A stretch of DNA of 12,440 nucleotides from Deltaproteobacteria bacterium (GTDB lineage Bacteria > Myxococcota > Kuafuiibacteriia > Kuafuiibacteriales > Kuafuiibacteriaceae), in NCBI GenBank assembly GCA_040218735.1, contig JAVJQW010000013.1:1-12440 (forward strand), written 5' to 3'. This document shows positions 7,186 to 12,440 of this stretch, piece after piece. The notes beneath the pieces were generated by a model, which did not search any database, had not been told where the DNA came from, and was given only the letters and a program-made list of their open reading frames with translations. Position 1 is the stretch's first letter. Every line of letters starts with the position of its first letter. The position numbers and the translations under genes are program-made.

Positions 7186-7836
7186 TCACCAGTACACGCT
7201 CAATTCCAAGGGGACCGTCACGAACCGCGCGTAGCGCTCCGCCCCGAACACCTCGGTCACGCGCAGCGCGGCACCCACGAACACGAGGTTGAAGATCCGC
7301 CAGTCGACCGCGACTCCGAGCATCACCGTCGCCCCGCCCTGCCCTTCGTCCGAAAGCTCCACACCGAAGCTGCGACCCGTCTGCACCTCGCGAAGGTCCT
7401 GCGCCGAGTAGATCGTCCACTGGTAGCCGAGCGCCCCTTCGACGTACGGCGCGACATCGTAGCCGCTCAGCACCTTGTAGCGCGCGCCAGCGTGCACGCC
7501 GATCTGTTGCGCCGAAAAGACGCGCACCGCGTCGACGGGCGTCCCGAGCATGACCGCTTCGTTCATGGAGCCCGCGAACTGGGCCCAGTCTGCCCCCAAG
7601 GTCAGGTCGAGATCGTCGAGGAGGCCGTAGCGCCCCTGGACACCGACCATCCAGGTGGTGAGCCGAAACGCGGTCGCGTCCTGCGCGCTGAACGCCGGGA
7701 ACAGCGCGCCGGAGGCGACCCCGGCGACCCACTCCCCGCGCTCCGCGCGCGCCGACGAGGCGCTCGTTAGCAACGCTCCCATACATAGTAAGGCGAGGGC
7801 GCCGGCCGCGAGCCTGTGGAGGGCGCTGCGGATCAC
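7186..7836 (-). CDS. Small outer-membrane beta-barrel protein (216 aa), last gene of the T4SS-like operon
   Basis: Signal peptide ending ...SASSARA-. About 8 amphipathic strands (WMVGVQGRYGL, IGVHAGARYKV, PYVEGALGYQW, MLGVAVDWRI, FVGAALRVTE) and an aromatic C-terminus (LELSVYW). The GTG start overlaps the upstream TGA (GTGA 7836..7833). Confidence 0.8.
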   Translation of the reverse strand: MIRSALHRLAAGALALLCMGALLTSASSARAERGEWVAGVASGALFPAFSAQDATAFRLTTWMVGVQGRYGLLDDLDLTLGADWAQFAGSMNEAVMLGTPVDAVRVFSAQQIGVHAGARYKVLSGYDVAPYVEGALGYQWTIYSAQDLREVQTGRSFGVELSDEGQGGATVMLGVAVDWRIFNLVFVGAALRVTEVFGAERYARFVTVPLELSVYW

Positions 7837-9149
7837 CGCTCGTCCCCCACCACGAGCACCTCGAAGGCGGTCCCCGCCGCGACCTCGTAGGTCACGCCCC
7901 GTCGGTCCGCTTCGAGCTCGCGCTGCGCCTCGGGCACCGTGCCTTGCGCCACGCGGCGGACGACTTTGCCGACCACACCGGATCCCGCGACCTCGCTCGC
8001 GATCTCACCGCCGGCCCCCACGGCGCCGCCGAGGCCGCCGGCGCCCACGCGATCTTCGAGCGACGCTTCGCGACGTCGGGCCACGAGGCCCGGCATGTCG
8101 CCGTGACTGATCGCGTAGCCCTGCAGCGCGTAGCGCTCTTGGTTCGTCCGCACCTCTTCGAAGTCGATGTACAGGCGCCCGGTCGAAGCGTCGGCGTTCG
8201 CGCGGCCCCGAAGGATCGCGCCGGCCTTTACCTTCACGGCCCCGCCGACGCGCACCGGCTCGGTGACCTTCGCGAGCACCGGGCTTCGGTTCGCGCTCGA
8301 TGCGCCGACGAGGAGCTTCGCCTTCAGACGCGTCCCCACCGGCAAGCCGAGCCCGCGTTCCTTCGCCTCGACGCCGTAGCCTTCGGGCAGCTCGAGCACC
8401 CCGCCCGGCGCAAAGAAGATGCTCTGATCCACCGGCGCACGCTCCGCGCCGGGAAGCGGCCGCGGCGCCAGTGCGCGCGGCACGTCGATCGTCGCGTCCG
8501 CCATCGGGTCGTAGAGCTCGCCCGGCTGCAGTACCCGCCGCGCTGGGACGTCGTCCTCGACGAGCGCTTCGTCGAGCGCCCGTTGTTCGGCTTCGCGTCG
8601 CGCTTCCTTCGCCGCGGCCTGACGGAGGAGCTCGCCGATGTCCTGCTCGGCCACGCCGTCCTCGGCCTCGCTCTTGAAGACCGGGAAGCCCGTGGCCTTC
8701 TTCTTCGTCGCCGGCTTCGCCTCGGGCGCGGGTGCCTCGACGGGCGCGCCGAACACCCACCAGCCGAAGAGCCCCGTGGCCACGAGTAACCCAAACTGAA
8801 GCCCGCGCCGTTGCTCGAGTCCCTCGACGAGCGCGCGCCAGCCCGTCACGCGCGGCGCGATCGTTCGGTGGTCTGGCGCCGTCGAGGCCTCCGGGTGCTC
8901 GAAGCCCACGACCTGCGCGCCCTCGTCCTCGGGCGCAACGATCCGCTGCGCCGCCTCCTCCAGTGTCAGGTCGCTGTCGTCGTGACTCAGCTCGACCGCC
9001 TCGAAGGTGCGCGGCGCATCCAGAGGCTCGGCGGCCTCGACGACGGTCGTCGCCCTCGACATCGCGACAACGGCCACCGCGGCTTCGTCCGGCGTGGCTT
9101 CGTCGCCTCGCGCCCGCGGCAAACCCCGCTTCTTGTCGTCGGTCTTCAA
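7833..9149 (-). CDS. VirB10/TrbI/TraM-like T4SS core scaffold protein (~438 aa)
   Basis: The architecture is an acidic N-tail, one TM (GLQFGLLVATGLFGWWVFGA), a Pro/charged linker and a C-terminal domain. That domain reads LPVGTRLKAKLLVGASSANRSPVLAKVTEPVRVGGAVKVKAGAILRG...RLYIDF...GYAISHGDMPGL, then a Gly-rich helical hairpin, then YEVAAGTAFEVLV. The likely start is TTG 9149, overlapping the upstream TGA (TTGA). An in-frame ATG at 9062 is an alternative. Confidence 0.78.
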   Translation of the reverse strand: MKTDDKKRGLPRARGDEATPDEAAVAVVAMSRATTVVEAAEPLDAPRTFEAVELSHDDSDLTLEEAAQRIVAPEDEGAQVVGFEHPEASTAPDHRTIAPRVTGWRALVEGLEQRRGLQFGLLVATGLFGWWVFGAPVEAPAPEAKPATKKKATGFPVFKSEAEDGVAEQDIGELLRQAAAKEARREAEQRALDEALVEDDVPARRVLQPGELYDPMADATIDVPRALAPRPLPGAERAPVDQSIFFAPGGVLELPEGYGVEAKERGLGLPVGTRLKAKLLVGASSANRSPVLAKVTEPVRVGGAVKVKAGAILRGRANADASTGRLYIDFEEVRTNQERYALQGYAISHGDMPGLVARRREASLEDRVGAGGLGGAVGAGGEIASEVAGSGVVGKVVRRVAQGTVPEAQRELEADRRGVTYEVAAGTAFEVLVVGDER

Positions 9150-10057
9150 AACGCGATCCCGTCCACGACCACTTCGCGCTTCGCGCCACCGTCTTCGATC
9201 ACTGTGAGGGCGTAGGCGCGCGCGGCGTCGCCCTCGATCCCAAAAATCGCCATCCCGAAAACACGCTCGTCGAACGCGAGCGTCGGATCGCCTCGCCACT
9301 CGACGAGCGCCTCGACGTTGCCCTCGTCGTCCGAAGCTTCGCGCAGCACTACGTCCTTCAGGTGAAACAGATCGCGGCGCCGGTTGTGCACCTCGAACGC
9401 CACGAACGTCTCCGCGCCGATGCGGCAGATGCGATGCACGCGCACGACAAGGAGGTCGTGCATCGCGCGCTCGCGGAGCGACTCACAGTGCATCCGATCG
9501 AGCATCGCCCGCGCCATGCGGCGCCGGCTCTGTTCGACGACGGTGTTCGACAGGGCGGCCTTCTCTTCTTCGAAGGCCGCCGTCAGTCGCCGCGCCTGCT
9601 CCGCGAGCTGCTCCTTCACGAACTCCCGCTCGCGCACGCGCTCGGGGAACGCGAGCACGACCCGCTGTACGGACTCGCGACTTCGCGCGACCCGAAGATC
9701 CACGAGGAGCGTTGCGCCGCTATCCATGAAGATCTGCAGGTTGCCGCGCTGGCCGAGCAGATCCTCGGTCGTGAGGTTTCCGCCCCGAGGCATTCGCGGC
9801 CAGACCAGGACACGCAGCGGCTCGGTCTCCTGCGCCTGGTACTTGAAGATCGCCGCGTTCCCGAGCGCCGGTGCGCCCTTCATGCGCACGCCCTCCGGGA
9901 ACTCGATCGACACCACGTCGCCGAGCGCCGTGTTGATCTTCAGGCGCGTCGCCTCGCCGTAGGCGATGTCGTGCGTCAGCGCCTTGCCGGTGCAGTAGCC
10001 CTGGCGGTCCGCGCCGCATCCGGCGGCGGCGACGAGAAGCGCAACGAGCGCGATCAT
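9146..10057 (-). CDS. VirB9/TraN-like (DUF2381-like) exported core-complex protein (~303 aa), possible lipoprotein
   Basis: The start was reassigned to ATG 10057 (ATGA overlap). Hydrophobic leader MIALVALLVAAAG-C. N-domain RLKINTALGDVVSIEFPEGVRM...ALGN...VLVWP...NLQIFMDSG...LVDL resembles the VirB9/TrbG N-domain. A central coiled coil is followed by a C-terminal beta-sandwich (VAFEVHNRRRDLFHL). It lies between the VirB8-like and VirB10-like genes. Confidence 0.65.
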   Translation of the reverse strand: MIALVALLVAAAGCGADRQGYCTGKALTHDIAYGEATRLKINTALGDVVSIEFPEGVRMKGAPALGNAAIFKYQAQETEPLRVLVWPRMPRGGNLTTEDLLGQRGNLQIFMDSGATLLVDLRVARSRESVQRVVLAFPERVREREFVKEQLAEQARRLTAAFEEEKAALSNTVVEQSRRRMARAMLDRMHCESLRERAMHDLLVVRVHRICRIGAETFVAFEVHNRRRDLFHLKDVVLREASDDEGNVEALVEWRGDPTLAFDERVFGMAIFGIEGDAARAYALTVIEDGGAKREVVVDGIAF

Positions 10058-10758
10058 CCCTCGGACTCCTGCAGACGATGGACCTCGAGGTCCTCGGCCG
10101 AGTCGAACCACCACGTCTTCACGTGGTGCACCTGCAGCCCGTGAATCGATGCGCGCGAGACGGGCACGCGCTGCAAGACGATCTGCGCGTAGTAGTACTG
10201 GCGGTGCTCGGGCGCCTCGCCCTCGGCCCAGCTGTTGTGGATCTTCGGCGTCACCACGACCGCGCCCCACGCCACGGCATAGATACGTGCGTCCACGTCG
10301 CCGGGGTCGAAGTCGCCGAGACGGATCTGCAGACCTTCGAAGCGACCCTTGAGGTTGAGGTCCTCGGTCTTCCTGCGCCGCGCGATCTCTTCTTCGTCGG
10401 CGAGGAAGATCTTCCGGAGGCGCGGCGTCATCATCGCCGTCGCCTCGGAGAGGTCCTCCTCGACGTCCATCGAGTCGACGAGGCTGAACTTTTCGAGGAA
10501 GTGCCGCGTGAACGTGTCGACACGTTCGTTCGCCATCTCCACGCGCGGCCGCACCGTGTCCTCGAAGAGCACCGGCTGCCAGTTCGCGTCGAAGACGACG
10601 ACGGGGATGGGGCGCGCCAACGCAACAACCGCGACGCCGAGCGCGGCGAGCGCCACGAAGACGAGCCCGCCCACCGCGAACCAGATCTTTCGGTTCACGC
10701 TCCGTCGGAAGTCTTCGAGCTCCACGAACTCCGGACGCAGCGACACGGGCGGACTCAC
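10054..10758 (-). CDS. VirB8/TrbF/TraK-like bitopic inner-membrane T4SS protein (~234 aa)
   Basis: The start was reassigned to GTG 10758 (GTGA overlap). A short cytoplasmic N-terminus precedes one TM (IWFAVGGLVFVALAALGVAVVAL), then RPIPVVVFDANWQP, helices VDTFTRHFLEKF...DLSEATAMMTPRL, and terminal strands ending in a motif of the VirB8 NPxGL type (SIHGLQVHHV). This fits an NTF2-like VirB8 fold. Confidence 0.72.
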   Translation of the reverse strand: MSPPVSLRPEFVELEDFRRSVNRKIWFAVGGLVFVALAALGVAVVALARPIPVVVFDANWQPVLFEDTVRPRVEMANERVDTFTRHFLEKFSLVDSMDVEEDLSEATAMMTPRLRKIFLADEEEIARRRKTEDLNLKGRFEGLQIRLGDFDPGDVDARIYAVAWGAVVVTPKIHNSWAEGEAPEHRQYYYAQIVLQRVPVSRASIHGLQVHHVKTWWFDSAEDLEVHRLQESEG

Positions 10759-11915
10759 GACAGCACCTCGATCAGCAGCCAAACCGCGAGCACGCCGAGC
10801 CCCACGAACGTCAGCCACAACGTCCGCCGGGACGAGGTCGGATTCACAGCTGGGAGCATCGACACCGGACGAACCTCGGGCCTTGGCGGCGCCTCCGCCG
10901 GATACAGGCGATCGTCGGGCGCGATCGAACGCTCGGCCAGTGTCGGCCTCGGCGGCGTCGAGGGTCGCTCGGGATCCACGATGCTGATCGGCTGCGCGCC
11001 CTCCTCGGCGGGCAGAATGATCGACCCGGTGAACAAGACGCTCGCCGACGGTCGTCGTTGCGGCGGCTTCTTCCACGACGGGTGCCCAGCGCCTGCGTCA
11101 GCAACGACGCCCGATCCCGAGGGCCTCCGCTCCGATCCCGAAGAGGCGCGCCGCGGCGCCGCGACGGACGGCCTCGGCCCCGGCTTCGCGCGCAACGTCT
11201 CCGCCGAAGCATCGAGGCCGTCCCCCTCGGCCGCGACGGCCGCGAGCATGTCGCTCGACGGCGCAAATGGTCTGGTCGCCGACTCGAAGAGGACGGGCGT
11301 CTTGTCGTCGTCGTCGAAGCCGGTCACGTCGACTGCGGCGAGAACCGCCTCGGAGAGGACCTCGCGCGTCGTCTCCTCCGTCGGCACTTCGTCGAGCGGT
11401 GGCGGCTTGCGAGCGCTCGGTCGACGCACCGGCCGAACCCGCTCCGTCGGTACCGGTTCCGTCGGCGCAGAGGCGGTCGGCACGGACGCGGTCGACGCGG
11501 AGGCTTCCGGCGAAGCCCAGCGTTGCGACAGGTTGGCGAGCGCCCACGTTGTCTGCGCCGCCACGCTCACCGTGTCGTCGAGCTTCGCCGCTTCGAGCTC
11601 GTCACCGAGGATGAGGCCGAGCTGCTCCTCGAGGATCTGCGCTCGCGCCTCACGCACGACGAGGACCGTGCCGACGAAATTCTTGCGGATCCGCTTCGCG
11701 ACATCGGCCGCGTCCAGACCAATGCGGTCGCCGTCGATCACGATGACCGCGTCCACCGTCGCGGGCGCGAGGTTATGGATGCCGGCGGCGACCCCGTCGT
11801 AGATTTCGACCTCGCCGCTCAGTCGCTCCGCGAGCCACTTGCGCTCCCGGTCGGGCCCGACCAGCGCAACCCGCAGCTTCCTTCCGATGTTTCTCCAGCC
11901 CGTCATGTCTTCCAT
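10755..11915 (-). CDS. Hypothetical tail-anchored protein: degenerate receiver (REC)-like domain + long Pro/acidic disordered linker + C-terminal TM (386 aa)
   Basis: The N-terminus LRVALVGPD...EVEIYDGVAAGI...VDAVIVID...GLDAADVAKRIRK...TVLVV parallels the CheY-like pattern. The C-terminal hydrophobic helix is TLWLTFVGLGVLAVWLLIEVLS. AGGGAG lies upstream; ATG 11906 is an alternative start. Confidence 0.7.
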   Translation of the reverse strand: MEDMTGWRNIGRKLRVALVGPDRERKWLAERLSGEVEIYDGVAAGIHNLAPATVDAVIVIDGDRIGLDAADVAKRIRKNFVGTVLVVREARAQILEEQLGLILGDELEAAKLDDTVSVAAQTTWALANLSQRWASPEASASTASVPTASAPTEPVPTERVRPVRRPSARKPPPLDEVPTEETTREVLSEAVLAAVDVTGFDDDDKTPVLFESATRPFAPSSDMLAAVAAEGDGLDASAETLRAKPGPRPSVAAPRRASSGSERRPSGSGVVADAGAGHPSWKKPPQRRPSASVLFTGSIILPAEEGAQPISIVDPERPSTPPRPTLAERSIAPDDRLYPAEAPPRPEVRPVSMLPAVNPTSSRRTLWLTFVGLGVLAVWLLIEVLS

Positions 11916-11924
11916 GGCTCCCTG

Positions 11925-12440
11925 CTACTTCCCGCCGCCGCGATGCTCGCGACGGTCCAGTCCACTCGCTTCGTTGTCGTTCGTGATGCGGAAGACCGGA
12001 CTCGGCGACGTCGTCGCCCCGCTCCCGCTATGTCCGCCGCTCCCGCCCATCGCGCCGGAGGCCACCCCGGCCCCCGCCGCTCCTGCGAACCGTCCGAGCC
12101 CCGCGCTCGCGGCGCCGGTGGCGACCATCGAGCCGAGGCGGATCATCTGCGCGGCGATCAGGCCGCCGAGGACGGCGACCGGGGCGCTGCGCACGAGGAG
12201 CGCGGACACCACCGGCGTGAACCAGACCAGCAGGCAGTACGCGATGCAGACCGCCCACCACCGGGTCGCGATCAAGACGGCCTGACTCCCCTCGACCGGA
12301 TCGAAGAGGGTCGCAAAGTCGATCGTCTGCACCTGCCGCAGGAGCCCCGCGAGCGAGGCGACCATCAGCGACAAGATCACGTTGAAGACGAGCGGCCACA
12401 GCGACACCTCGACGAGGTTCTTGATCCACCCCTCGATGCC
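11925..12440 (-). CDS. VirB6/TrbL/TraJ-like polytopic inner-membrane conjugation protein, C-terminal part (5' truncated by the window)
   Basis: The frame is open to the window edge: GIEGWIKNLVEVSLWPLVFNVILSLMV.... The W...LWP TM signature, further TMs (WWAVCIAYCLLVWFTPVVSALLV) and a Gly/Ala/Ser-rich tail are typical of the VirB6/TrbL class. It lies upstream of the VirB8/9/10-like genes. Confidence 0.68.
   Translation of the reverse strand, partial: GIEGWIKNLVEVSLWPLVFNVILSLMVASLAGLLRQVQTIDFATLFDPVEGSQAVLIATRWWAVCIAYCLLVWFTPVVSALLVRSAPVAVLGGLIAAQMIRLGSMVATGAASAGLGRFAGAAGAGVASGAMGGSGGHSGSGATTSPSPVFRITNDNEASGLDRREHRGGGK

Noticed and set aside
5516-7786. 756-aa - strand ORF that would bridge the two modules
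   Set aside because: It is antisense to the motif-rich sigma54 activator and out of frame within the barrel gene, with no recognisable domain.
8005-9189. 394-aa - strand ORF overlapping the VirB10-like gene
   Set aside because: It is an alternative-frame Arg-rich translation. The other frame carries the TM and the TrbI-like domain.
10759-11076. N-terminal extension of the 340-aa ORF (likewise 10058-10270, 9150-9299, 3998-4147, 2793-2858)
   Set aside because: Most of these extensions overlap upstream genes. Downstream starts with NTGA coupling or an SD plus a signal peptide fit better.
7186-12440. Calling the region an ICE or conjugative plasmid
   Set aside because: No relaxase, coupling protein, VirB4, integrase, oriT or att site lies in the window, so DNA transfer versus protein secretion cannot be decided.
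1-12440. CRISPR arrays, tRNA/rRNA, IS elements, intrinsic terminators
   Set aside because: I saw no regularly spaced repeats, RNA-gene signatures, transposase motifs or hairpin + U-tract elements. The window is nearly all coding.

Overview
GC-rich window with a Myxococcota-like gene style, almost fully coding, holding two adjacent modules. (1) At 7186->12440 (- strand) is the 3' half of a tightly coupled operon resembling a divergent type IV secretion/conjugation channel: VirB6/TrbL/TraJ-like (partial), a membrane-anchored pseudo-receiver protein, VirB8-like, VirB9/DUF2381-like, VirB10/TrbI/TraM-like, and a small outer-membrane beta-barrel. Four consecutive junctions are NTGA stop/start overlaps. 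(2) At <1-7180 is a signalling locus. A tandem-FHA, sigma54-type AAA+/Fis activator (+) sits head-to-head, 38 bp away, from a membrane Ser/Thr kinase (-). The kinase is followed by a secreted TPR + beta-barrel protein, a 921-aa Ig-like-repeat lipoprotein and the start of another gene. The main hypothesis, which is inference, is a T4SS-like machine linked to a trans-envelope Ser/Thr-kinase -> FHA -> sigma54 circuit. No ATPase (VirB4/VirD4), relaxase, integrase, RNA gene or CRISPR is visible. All family assignments come from motif recognition by eye, not from database searches.
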